Shown piece by piece: positions 13,688 to 26,000 of a stretch of 64,000 nt of DNA. The stretch lies in contig NIVC01002030.1 of the NCBI GenBank assembly GCA_002269645.1, positions 338,164 to 402,163 of the forward strand, written 5' to 3'. Below the pieces are notes generated by a model. That model saw nothing but the letters and a program-made list of their open reading frames with translations, made no database searches and was not told the DNA's origin. Origin of the DNA: Macrostomum lignano (Eukaryota). Position 1 is the stretch's first letter, and the number at the start of each line of letters is the position of its first letter. A program made the translations under genes and the position numbers.

Positions 13688-16544
13688 ATGCCAAAAGCTA
13701 AAGGGCTAAATATCAATGCAGCTCCATTTGAACCTGGTGCTACGCCTACAGCTACAGTGAATGCTTTGCCTTCATTAAATTATAGCTATGTGCATGGCCA
13801 AGGACCAGTATCTAATTCAACTATCCCAGGGAACCCGTCTGCACCTGGTATCTATTTCAGGTAGGTCTTAGTCTAGACTTTCGACCTTTTGGAATAGTTT
13901 ATAACTTTATATAATACTCTAGCTAGTATTTATTTGCTCTAACCTCTAATAATTATAATAAATAAAGATAGGCCCCCTAGCATCAGGCCTAAACTTGATC
14001 AAAGAGAGAACTTTTGTAATTGTTTTAAAGCAAAAATCCACAAACAAAACAGGATCTTTGGCAATCTTCCAGTTTGTCTTGTGCTATATTTCTTTCAAGT
14101 TTTGATTGGTGCTGCAATGTAATGCCATAGCAGAAAATGAAATTTATTGTCAAGAAGGATAAGAACTAGTATCAAAAAATGTTCTAGCTCTATCTACTGC
14201 TCTATCTACTGTTCTATCTACTGCTCTAGCTATTGCTCCATTTACTTCTCTATCAAGCTAGTGCTTAGATTCAAAGGCACTATGCCATAGTTTGGAAGGT
14301 GATATGTAGGGCCTACACTAGGATTTCCCAGCATGCATGCAACAACTTCAACAAGGGTCTTACTATTTTTAGTGTACATTAGGGTATATCTAGGTGTACA
14401 TAACACAGCAGATACATTGTGTCTGTCAAATAACAAATAACAATAATAACAAATTTTTGTATTGGCGCATAAACTTGGTGTACAAACAAGGTCTTATTAT
14501 TTTTTCTGGCATTAAACTTGGTATATACTAATATATGATCTGAATTATAAGCACTAGGGCCCCCTAGGCCTATATTTTAATATCAGTTCAAACTTGAAGA
14601 TAATATTATAGAACAAACTTGAAGATCACCAGATATTTTTTTTCTTTTTTTCTTAATAAACTACAGTTATTTATGGTTTGTTTAATAAACAAAATTTATT
14701 TTTATTAGGCTTTATGAACATTTCAAACTTTGTCACTTAAAGAAATTTAAAATTAGAATAAATATTGATTATTAAATAGATTTAGTGAAGGTCTATTGGC
14801 TAATAATGGCTAATAGACAATAGAGAATGTCCTATATCTATACACCTGCAAAGTGTTCTATCAAAAAATAGCACTAGCAGTATAGCTAACTATAAAAAAT
14901 ATGATATTACCAACTATCTTTATTAATGTCACATTGCAAAAATCTTTTTGATTTGAAATTAAAAACAAATTTTCTATTTACCAGTAAAAATATTAGAAGT
15001 AGAAAGTATTGTAGTTTTTTAATTATAGCAACTAATATAAATGTTAATATTTTCTTAATTTTAAAGGCCAAAATCTATTCCTAAAATTCTTGCCTATTTC
15101 CCTATATTCATTCTTCAATTGGCTCTTAGAATTAAGCCCTAGTATTGATTTATATATTTAAAATAGATATTTTGTAGTGCTTTAGAATGTAAAAAAATGA
15201 TCAAATAAATTATAGTTAAAATGTCATAGTAAAATAAGGCCTTAGTCCTAAGTAAGTTTTAAGATTTAAGCATATTACATTGTGTATTATTTTCTAAAAT
15301 ATTAGATTTTTTTTGTAAGAATATAGGTGTTGTTTATTTTATATAGGATGCAAAATTAGTTTTAAAAAGCCAATCATTACATAAATTTCTTATTGATATG
15401 TACATTTCTTAATGTTATTAAAATCTTATAATAATAATAATATCAAAGTAATTCTATCTATTGAGGCTACTGGCTAGTTAGGAGTTTTGACTGTGTGTTT
15501 ACTGTTTATTAGATTTTTTTCTAACTTTCTAACTTTATTGACTTTGGACTCTAAGATGACTTAGTGTTCTGTGCAGACCTATCTTTAATATTTGTTATAA
15601 ACTACTTCTAGACATCCAGATCCATACAATGGACCAATGTGCCAATATGCTAGTCCAGATCAACAGCCAACACCTGTTCCAAGCATGCCAGTGTTTTACT
15701 ACGGACCAAATTATTCAGGTAAATGACTCAATGTTTTTATAATTATTATTTGTTAATAATACTTTGTTAATAAAATTATTATTAATTAGCTCGTACTAAA
15801 ATTTGTTTAATACTTTTCACTCTTTAGTTAGCATCTCTTTAATTATAACCCGTGAGTATAGACAACAGTTTTTGTAGATATTAGAAATCTAATTACTGGT
15901 GCAATTCTTTTTTGTGTCAAATGCAGTCCTGCCTCAGCCGCCGCCTTACCAGTGGCCTGTTGGACCGCCTCCACCGCCGCCATCTCGACAACCCAGCAGT
16001 TCAGCAGCGTCGACACACCGTCGTCACGCCAATCACGGTTATCGCGCCGGTCGCAGCAACAGCAGCTCCGTATTGAAGGTGCTCACCAGCACATCATCTG
16101 CTGCTCCTGCTACTGTAGTCAGCAAGGCCACTACTACTACTGCTGTGAGTAGTAGCATTTCTCAGCAATCAACTGGAAGCGTAACTCGAGTTTGCAATGC
16201 AAATTCAACTACTAATAGTAGTACTAACGCTGCAGCTGTTGTTAAACCTCGAAACGCGGAGCCGCAGCTTCAATTGGGAAGTGCTGAAGACTTTCCAGCT
16301 TTAAGTAGCGGCGCTGGCGGCGGCGGCGGTGGTGTCTCTGTGGCCGGCAGTCAACCGGCTGGCGTAAAATTTGGCCCTGCTCAACTGCATAAGAACTTGG
16401 ATGCAAATTCAGATTCTGGTATGTTTTATTACTGTTTGTAGTAGTAGTTGAAGTATTAGAAGTAGTTAGTATCATTAGTAGTAGTATTTTTACGAGTAGT
16501 AGTGTTTGAGTAGTAGTAGTAGTAGAAGTTGTAATAGTAATAGC

Positions 16545-16581
<37 letters not shown>

Positions 16582-16582
16582 A

Positions 16583-16622
<40 letters not shown>

Positions 16623-17821
16623 TGTTGTTGTATTAGTAGTAGCAGTAGTAGTAGTAGTAGCAGTAGTAGTACTAATTCTTAGTGTTATTCAAGAATCGGT
16701 GAATCAAAATACGCACTATCATTAGTGCAGCATGCAGTACTAAAAGTAGTGTACCAAGCAGTCAGTGCCTGCATTTCCCGCACTCCATTTCCCAGCGCAG
16801 TCCAGGCCGCTCTCGTACTCAGCCGCAATCAGGCAGCCCCGGCCGGCGGCGGCGCCTCAGCTCCAACCATCAAATTCGTTCTCAACTTTGACGCCTTCTC
16901 AACCTCCCGCTGGCAAAGTCTCCACGGAAGCCAAGGAGCACAGCGAGCCTGCCGAAGCCAACAGTAACAAAATCCAGCTGAAGCAGAAGAAATCGCGTTC
17001 AAATCGTCGTTCTAAAAAGAAACGAAGTAAGAAGAAGTCCGGCCTACAGGACAAGCAGTTAGGCGCTGATGATGCCGGCCTGGGTGAAGCTGAGCAGCAG
17101 CCGGAGTTTCAGCTGGAGCAGGAGGAGTTCCCCAGTCTGCAGACCGGCCGCCCAGCCCCATCTGTTACAGCTGGCAGCGCCCTGCCTCCGACTTCGACTG
17201 TGCAGCAGCCGGAGGCTTGCGGAACGTCTGGGTAAGGCCTTCGACTGATGTCTTTGAGGCTGGTGACTGTTGAGTCATGAAAGAGTCGTCCAAAGACGCC
17301 GATGCGCTTTAGACGGGAGTCTCCAGCGACTCTGATATCTCAGAGATGACTCTACGGCCCCAGAGTCGCTTGCGTCGCTGTGAGAGAGACAGAACTTTGA
17401 AATAACTCTTAGGGCGACTCTTTGGCGACCGCGTTGTACCGTGGCATCTCGTAGTTTTATTTAGAGTCGTCTGGAGTCACTTCTTTCCTATTTTGTCTGT
17501 GGCACCTGCGACAGCTCTGAATTGACTCTGTTGCGCTTCTTGGCCTAAGCGTTTTCATCGGGACAGACATGCACTACTAAAATAGAAGAAGATAGACAGA
17601 CAGGCAGACAGACAGACAGGCAGACAGGCAGACAGACAGACAGGCAGACAGACAGACAGACAGACCTACAGACACACAAATAGACAGACAGACAGGCAGA
17701 CAGACAGACAGGCAGACAGACAGACAGACAGACAGATAGACAGACAGACAGACCTGCAGACACACAGATAGACAGACAGACAGGCAGACAGACAGGCAGA
17801 CAGACAGACAGACAGACAGGC

Positions 17822-17874
<53 letters not shown>

Positions 17875-17875
17875 C

Positions 17876-17938
<63 letters not shown>

Positions 17939-18053
17939 CTAAGACAGACAGACAGACAGACACACAGACAGACAGACACTAAGACAGACAGACAGACAGA
18001 TAGACAGACAGACAGACACTAAGACAGACAGACACTAAGACAGACAGACACTA

Positions 18054-18086
<33 letters not shown>

Positions 18087-18287
18087 GTCAGACAGACAGA
18101 CAGACAGATAGACAGACAGACAGACACTAAGACAGACAGACAGACAGACACACAGACAGACAGACACTAAGACAGACAGACAGACAGATAGACAGACAGA
18201 CAGACACTAAGACAGACAGACAGACAGACACTAAGACAGACACACAGACAGACAGACAGACAGACAGACAGATAGACAGACAGACAC

Positions 18288-18342
<55 letters not shown>

Positions 18343-18413
18343 CTAAGACAGACAGACAGACAGACAGACAGACACTAAGACAGACAGACAGACAGACAGG
18401 CAGACAGACAGGC

Positions 18414-18462
<49 letters not shown>

Positions 18463-20626
18463 GGCAGGCACACAGGCAGGCAGACAGACAGACAGACAGG
18501 CAGGCAGACAGACAGACAGAGAGGCAGGCTGGCAGACAGACAGACAGGCAGACAAAGTGCTGAAGTCTATCGATCAGATTTATATCTTGCCCGCCAGATC
18601 CAAGAGTCAGCCGCAGTCGCAGTCGGTAGGCCGCAGGCAGCAGTTGAATCGGGCAGCCAGGCAGAGCCTGCTGCTGTCCTCCAGCCTATTAGTGGTGAAC
18701 AAAGCCATCGCGGCTGTCCATCAGCGGCCAGCGGCCGACAAGTCCAGCGGGGCCGCCAGCTCAGGCGTCGGTCATTCGTCATCTGGCGCGCCGGTTCGGG
18801 TTGGCAAACAGCGGGAGCGACCGAAAGCGAAGAAAAAGTCGCTAACTAAGAAGATTATATTGATGGAGCGGCAGGCTAGGTAAGGCGCTTTACGTCCATT
18901 AGGCTGCTGTTAGTAGTGACGCTCGAGTATGTAGAGTATAATTTGCCAATTGATTGGTAGGAGTTTATTCTCTCAGTAGTACTCTGAAGTGGAATATTAT
19001 ATTACTAGTTACAGTTGGGGGTAATTAGTAATTACACAGGCAGGTGTAGAACATAGTAATAAACTACAACTAAAATAAGGTCTGTTTCACAAATTCACTC
19101 AGAAGAAAAGCAGCAACAGCAGCAGCAGCCGCAGCCGATGCAGAAGAGGAAGCTGCTGATAAAGAATCTACAGATGCTGATAACTGCGACGCTCCTTCAC
19201 CTTCATCAGTTTGTCAGTCTCTAGAAGCGGTTGAGCCACCACCGCCGCCACCACCGCCTGCTCCGCAGTCGAAATCAATTCATAGTCGCCGTTTTCGCGA
19301 ATACTGCGACCAATTATTAATGAAATCAGTGCAGGAGCTGTCCGTGAAGGTGCTACGCGATCTGGCCTTCTATCAGGCCAGGGCGAGGGCGAGGGACCCG
19401 GCTAAGGCCAAGCAGAAGCGGCGGTTAGTTATGGGCCTTCGCGAGGCCAGGAAGCATATTGGATTAAATCGAATCCGTCTAGTCTTCATCTCTCCGGATT
19501 TGGAACGGGTGCAGGCTCCCGGAGGTCTGGATGACAGCATTAACCAGCTCATTAACCTGTGCCAGCAGCGCTCTGTGCCCTACGTGTTTGGCTTGAAACG
19601 CCGGGAAATGGGCCGAGTGCTGAGAAAGACTGTGCCAGTGTCTGTTGTGGCCGTGTTTGATTATCAAGGCTGCGAAGCTAATGTTAATGCCCTGCTTGAG
19701 TAAGTGCTGGCTTTGAGTGGGTCTTTGTTGCGGCTGTAGGTTTAGTTTGTGGTCTTTGTTCCGGTTGTAAGTTTAGTTAGTGGTCTTTGTTCCGGTTTTA
19801 GGTTTTCCCAGAGAGTTAGTGGGTCTTTGTTGCGGCTGTAGGTCTAGTTAGTAGTCTTTGTAGGTCTAGGTAGTGGTCTTTGTTCCCATAGTGGTCTTTG
19901 TTCCGGTAGTGGTCTTTGTTCCTGCTGTAGGCATCCCAGAGAGCTACTGGGTCTTTGTTGCGACTGTAGGTTATCCCAGAGAGTTAGTGAGGCTTTGTTC
20001 TGGCTGTATGTTTTTAGTGGGTCTTTGTTCCGGCTCTAGGTTATCTCGGAGAGTAAGTGGGACTTTGTCCCGGTTGTAGGTTACCCCAGAGTTAGTGTTC
20101 TTTGTCCTGACGGTAGATTACTTCATATAGTGGTCTTTGTTTCTCCGCCAAACCTTCTCAAGCTCCTCCATCATTCCTTAGACTGGTCCACAAAGCCAGG
20201 GCCGATTACGAGACTCTCAGTCGAATGGCGCTCGAATGCGCCCGAGTCGACGACCACTCAGTTGCTAAAGACGCCATTGTCGTTGCTAACGAAGCAGCTA
20301 CCGAAGTTGCGGAAGAATCGGTCACCAACCAGCAGCAGCAGCAGAGTCGCCCCTCGGCGAGTCATTCGCGCAATCCGAGCGACACCTCGAATCCAATTAG
20401 CGAGCCGCTGAGCGAGCTCGACTCGTCCGCCCCAGCCGCAGCTGCCGTCGCCTCCGCGGCCCCGAACTCGCAGCTCTACGGCTTCCACAGTCGGCAATCT
20501 TCGCTAGGCGTTGTCGTGGTCGCCCAGGCTATTGACGAGAACGAAAGCGGCGCAGCGAACAGCTCGACCGCTGGCGACAAAGTTGCCAAGTGGTTGTCGA
20601 ACGGGACAGAACTGGGCGATGCTTGA
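13688..20626 (+). CDS. SECISBP2: SECIS-binding protein 2 (SBP2/SBP2L family), ~853 aa
   Basis: Phase-consistent exons 13688-13860, 15612-15718, 15927-16418, 16766-17231, 18598-18879, 19103-19699, 20182-20626 (2562 nt). SID-like [20 protein letters not shown]; [10 protein letters not shown]; L7Ae domain [14 protein letters not shown]...GGLDD...[14 protein letters not shown] short extra 5' exon ending at 13407 is possible. Confidence 0.93.
16438..16675. repeat. (TAG)n microsatellite in SBP2 intron 3
   Basis: Direct reading. Confidence 0.9.
17589..18555. repeat. (GACA)n microsatellite (~1 kb) in SBP2 intron 4
   Basis: Direct reading, with GACACTAA and GGCA interruptions. Confidence 0.95.
19725..20135. 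repeat. Degenerate repeat in SBP2 intron 6
   Basis: Recurrent GTGGTCTTTGTTCCGG...TAGG units. Confidence 0.65.
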
Positions 20627-20685
20627 TGGGCTGCTTTGTCGGCGAGAGATTGCTGCTTGATGGGAGCTGACTGAATTGCCAACTA

Positions 20686-20717
20686 GGACAGACAGACAGA
20701 CAGACAGACAGACACTA

Positions 20718-20758
<41 letters not shown>

Positions 20759-20761
20759 CTA

Positions 20762-20806
<45 letters not shown>

Positions 20807-20817
20807 CTAAGACACTA

Positions 20818-20870
<53 letters not shown>

Positions 20871-20915
20871 GGCAGACAGACAGACAGACAGTCAGACAGA
20901 CAGACAGACACACAC
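20686..20915. repeat. (GACA)n microsatellite just downstream of the SBP2 stop
   Basis: Direct reading. Confidence 0.9.
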
Positions 20916-21437
20916 AATCAGGCAAACTCACAAGACTCAGCAGCACAAAAGTCAGTTATTATAATCTATCTGTTGATATTAAAGGAAATTTATGGTTAGT
21001 CACATTTGCCATTTTCCTGATTCGAAGTTTTGGTATCCCGTCTGCTTGTATTGTTTTACGGTATAATTTTATTCGTTAAATTTTAATCCGAGGTTGGATT
21101 GCACCGAATTAAATTAACCAGAATAAAAAAGTGATTCAAGACTTTCGCGGAAGCGCTCTGCGAACTATTAGACCTGGGCATGTATATTCCATAATTTTTA
21201 CCGTATGCTTTTATGAAGTACTTTTTATTTCTGTTCTGTCTGAGAATCATTTTTGAGATATTTGTTTCCGTTTGCAATTGTAATTGAAACTAGTTGTAGC
21301 ACCCAGCTATTTTGTTAATGTTCTCTGTAAATATTAAAATTGAAAATCCACTAGATTGAATTCCATCTGACAACTTTCATGCTGAAGTTTTTGTGCGCTT
21401 TTAATTTTTTGTGAAATTGCAGTTCAGCCTGTCTGTA

Positions 21438-21471
<34 letters not shown>

Positions 21472-21894
21472 TCATGTCTGTCCAGTCTTATTCCATGCTA
21501 ATGGAGCACCCTTATCAGAGAGGGTTATTCCCAAAAGAATAATTTAATCCACAGCTCATGAAAGTCCTGTTCTTGACAGTATATCTGTAAAATGAGTCAA
21601 TTCTCTGGGTCAGCAAATTCCAAGTGGCCTGAAGCCTTGAGCCCAGGCCTCCCTTGAGAGCAGGCTGTCGGTCCGTCTTGCTAGAATATTATACCCTCCA
21701 GCGCAACATTCAATTTCAATTGCAAGTAACAAAATGCTTAATTTATGAGTCTGGGCAGGAAGGAACAGCACTTTGCTAGGCTCTGTTACCGTTTCTGCCG
21801 CTCAATCGGGTGGATCGCTTTGAAATTATAATTTATTCGCTTAAGTGCTGGGAGGGGCTGCGATCAGCTGACAGTAGCTTTGGCGCTTCCTTCA

Positions 21895-22570
21895 AAAGAA
21901 ATGGCACCCTCTTGACATGAAATAGTGCCCCTTCAAAAGAAATGGCGCTCCTTCTAACGAAATGGCGTCCCTTCGAAAGAAATGGCGCTCCCTCAAAAGA
22001 AATGGCGCTCCCTCAAAAGAAATGGCGCTCCCTCAAAAGAAATGGCGCTCCCTCAAAAGAAATGGCGCTCATTCAAAAGAAATGATGCTCCCTAAAAGAA
22101 ATGGCGCCCCTTGAGAAGAAATGGCGTCCCTTCGAAAGAAATGGCTCTCACTCAAGAGAAATGGTGCCTCTTCAGAAGAAGTGGTGCCCCCTCAAAAGAA
22201 ATGGCACTTTCACAAAAGAAATAACGCTCCCTCAAAAGAAATGGCACTTTCACAAAAGAAATGGCGCTCCCTCAAAAGAAATGGCACTTTCACAAAAGAA
22301 ATGGCGCTCCCTCAAATGGCACTTTCACAAAAGAAATGGCGCTCCCTCAAAAGAAATGGCTATTTCACAAAAGAAATGGCGCTCCCTCAAAAGAAATGGC
22401 ACTTTCACAAAAGAAATGGCGCTCCCTCAAAAGAAATGGCACTTTCACAAAAGAAATGGTGCTTCCTCAAAAAAATGGCACTTTCACAAAAGAAATGGCG
22501 CTTACTTCAAAAAAATAGCGCCCCCTCAAAAGAAATGGCGCCCCACCTAATGAAATGGCGCCCTCTTAAA
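21895..22570. repeat. 20-bp minisatellite
   Basis: (CAAAAGAAATGGCGCTCCCT / CAAAAGAAATGGCACTTTCA)n. Confidence 0.9.
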
Positions 22571-23041
22571 TAAACTGGCTCTCTCTGATATGAAATGTCG
22601 CTACCTCAGGTGTCCAGTCCATCACGCCACTGATTCAAGCCTGCAGCAACTCCGCACTGACAACCTGGAATCAACCTTGTCCTATATTTTGCTACAAACA
22701 ACTCACACTGCGCGACTGAGACTGAAAGTCTCTTATTGATTATTGGTCGATTGAATGGGTACGTTTTCTCTGTCTGTCTGTCAACGCTCATCAATAACAG
22801 CGACACATCAGCCAATAATGTCGATGGGCCGGCCCGGCTTCCCAGTCTATTGACAGGCCGGCAGCCATCTCCTTTTTTCAGCGGCATGTTCAGTCAATAG
22901 TGCTTAGCGGGTTTCGCTGACTGGCGAGAGTAAAGCATCAAGGATTGGTTGGCTGGTTGCATATTTATTTAACAGGCGCATCGCATACACTCTGTATGCA
23001 GTTGACACAGCTGCCGGGTTACCTAGCTGTTTACCGACAAA

Positions 23042-26000
23042 ATGATGACTGATAACGCTGCGGAGTCTGCCGATCAGAGTTCTCCGGCTACTGGCATTGC
23101 GGCTGACTGCGGCGACAGAGCCGATGGCGCACCTGCGCAGGAGAACCGCAATGAGATTGGCCGGATTTTGAGACTGGCCTTTCCCGTGGTGAGTTCGAAT
23201 CTTTGGTACTGTCAAGGGAGTATCCTCCAAAAAAGTGAGATTCTAAAATATCATCCTTAATCTCAGATTAGTGAGATTCGAAAATCTCATCTTTAATCTG
23301 AGATTAGTGAGATTCTAAAATCTCATCCTTTATCTGAGATAGTGAGATTCTAAAATCTCATCCTTTATCTGAGATTTTTTTTATTAGAGGCAGGGGGGTT
23401 GTGTGCACCCTGGCGCACTTTAAGCGACATAGGCACACAACCGGCGAGAGGCATTACTGCCCATTCCGCCGACTCCCCTGAGCAGGCATACAAGCGCGCG
23501 GATACGTTACGCAGGCACACACTCACACAGGAGTGTACAGCGGCCCTAACTTTATTTTATCGTTAGGCATGTACACTTCACTGCGCCTTGGGGGGTTGGC
23601 TCTCAAGGCCGTTAATTGCACAAGCGAGCCAAGCCGAAATTCCAATTCAGCCCCAAATTAATGTGGCTGCACTTGGAATCGAGCCTGGGTCGCGGCACAC
23701 CAGAGCAGCTGCGCTACCGCTGGGCTACGGCCCCCCTCCTTTATCTGAGATAGTGAGATTCTAAAATCTCATGCTTTATCTCAGATAGTGAGATTCTAAA
23801 ATCTCATGCTTTATCTCAGATAGTGAGATTCTAAAATCTCATGCTTTATCTCAGATAGTGAGATTCTAGAATCTCATGCTTTATCTCAGATAGTGAGATT
23901 CTAAAATCTCATGCTTTATCTCAGATAGTGAGATTCTAAAATCTCATCCTTTATCTGAGATAGTGAGATTCTAAAATCTCATGCTTTATCTGAGATAGTG
24001 AGATTCTAGAATCTCATGCTTTATCTGAGATAGTGAGATTATAAATCTCATGCTTTATCTCAGATAGTGAGATTCTAGAATCTCATCCTTTATCTGAGAT
24101 AGTGAGATTCTAAAATCTCATCTTTATCTGAGATAGTGAGATTCTAAAATCTCATCCTTTATCTGAGATAGTGAGATTCTAAAATCTCATCCTTTATCTG
24201 AGATAGTGAGATTCTAAAATCTCATCCTTTATCTGAGATAGTGCGATTCTAAAATATCATCTATTGAATCTCACTGGCCCATCTAAAGTGCATCCATCCA
24301 TTGTTAATTGAGCACTTGCAACTCCAAAATATCTGTAAATAATTGAATAAAACAGAAGGCATCGGGAGGCTGCTCTGAAACCGTGGATTTGGCCAGACAG
24401 ATTCAGTAAGACGTCACGAACAACCATTTCGATTTTAGCTCAATAATTCATTAGCTCCGCGCGTAGCAAATCAAACTGATGGATTAAAAACGTTTCTATT
24501 ATGAGTTTATAACTGCACTTGAGCTAGTCTTCAAATTTTGTTCGAATTTGCTTGGTGCGGTGAAATTGTGCGAGTGAGATAGGGGCGCCAGTGAGATTAG
24601 AGTGCCAGTGAGAGCGCCAGTGAGATTAGAGTGCCAGTGAGAGCGCCAGTGAGATGAGAGTGCCAGTGAGAGCGCCAGTGAGATTAGAGTGCCAGTGAGA
24701 GCGCCAGTGAGATGAGAGTGCCAGTGAGGGCGCCAGTGAGATTAGAGTGCCAGTGAGAGCGCCAGTGAGATTAGAGTGCCAGTGAGAGCGCCAGTGAGAT
24801 TAGAGTGCCAGTGAGAGCGCCAGTGAGATGAGAGTGCCAGTGAGAGCGCCAGTGAGATTAGAGTGCCAGTGAGAGCGCCAGTGAGATGAGAGTGCCAGTG
24901 AGAGCGCCAGTGAGATGAGAGTGCCAGTGAGAGCGCCAGTGAGATTAGAGTGCCAGTGAGAGCGCCAGTGAGATTAGAGTGCCAATGAGAGCGCCAGTGA
25001 GATGAGAGTGCCAGTGAGAGCGCCAGTGAGATTAGAGTGCCAGTGAGAGCGCCAGTGAGATGAGAGCGCCAATGAGAGCGCCAGTGAGATTAGAGCGCCA
25101 GTGAGAGCGCCAGTGAGATTAGAGTGCCAGTGAGAGCGCCAGTGAGATGAGAGCGCCAGTGAGATGAGATGAGATGAGCCAGTGAGATGAGAGCGCCAGT
25201 GAGTTGAGAGCGCCAGTGAGATGAGAGAGCCAGTGAGGGCGCCAGTGAGATGAGAGCGCCAATGAGATGAGAGAGCCAGTGAGATGAGGGAGCCAGTGAG
25301 ATGAGGGAGCCAGTGAGATTAGAGTGCCAGTGAGAGCGCCAGTGAGATGAGAGCGCCAATGAGATGAGAGAGCCAGTGAGATGAGAGCGCCAATGAGATG
25401 AGAGAGCCAGTGAGATGAGGGAGCCAGTGAGATTAGAGTGCCAGTGAGAGCGCCAGTGAGATGAGAGCGCCAATGAGATGAGAGAGCCAGTGAGATGAGA
25501 GCGCCAGTGAGTTGAGAGCGCCAGTGAGATGAGAGAGCCAGTGAGGGCGCCAGTGAGATGAGAGCGCCAATGAGATGAGAGAGCCAGTGAGATAAGAGAG
25601 CCAGTGAGGGCGCCAGTGAGATGAGAGCGCCAGTGAGATGAGGGCGCCAGTGAGATAAAAGAGCCAGTGAGTTGAGAGCGCCAGTGAGGGCGCCAGTGAT
25701 ATGTGATAATTAATATCGAAGAAACGTACAGAGCTATGTCACTCTTGAAATTTGCAAGGCATCAGTGAACAGCAGGCTACATACTTGGCCTTGATTGGAA
25801 GGGATAATGATGCATAGGAGATAATTACTCAACTCGAACTCGAGAGTAAAAACCAGCTGCACCAATTATATCTCGCCTGAGCTGCCTGAACAAAAAAAAT
25901 AAAGACTTTTACTGACGAAGAAGCAGTCGGCTAGAATTCTAGTTACTTAGCTAACACATGGATGTGCTAAGAATTGATACAGAATGAGTAGGAAGAAAAT

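Noticed and set aside
17545-18555. SVCL-repeat ORFs
   Set aside because: (GACA)n microsatellite.
22101-22573. KKWHFHKRNG / MALSQKK repeat ORFs
   Set aside because: 20-bp satellite translation.
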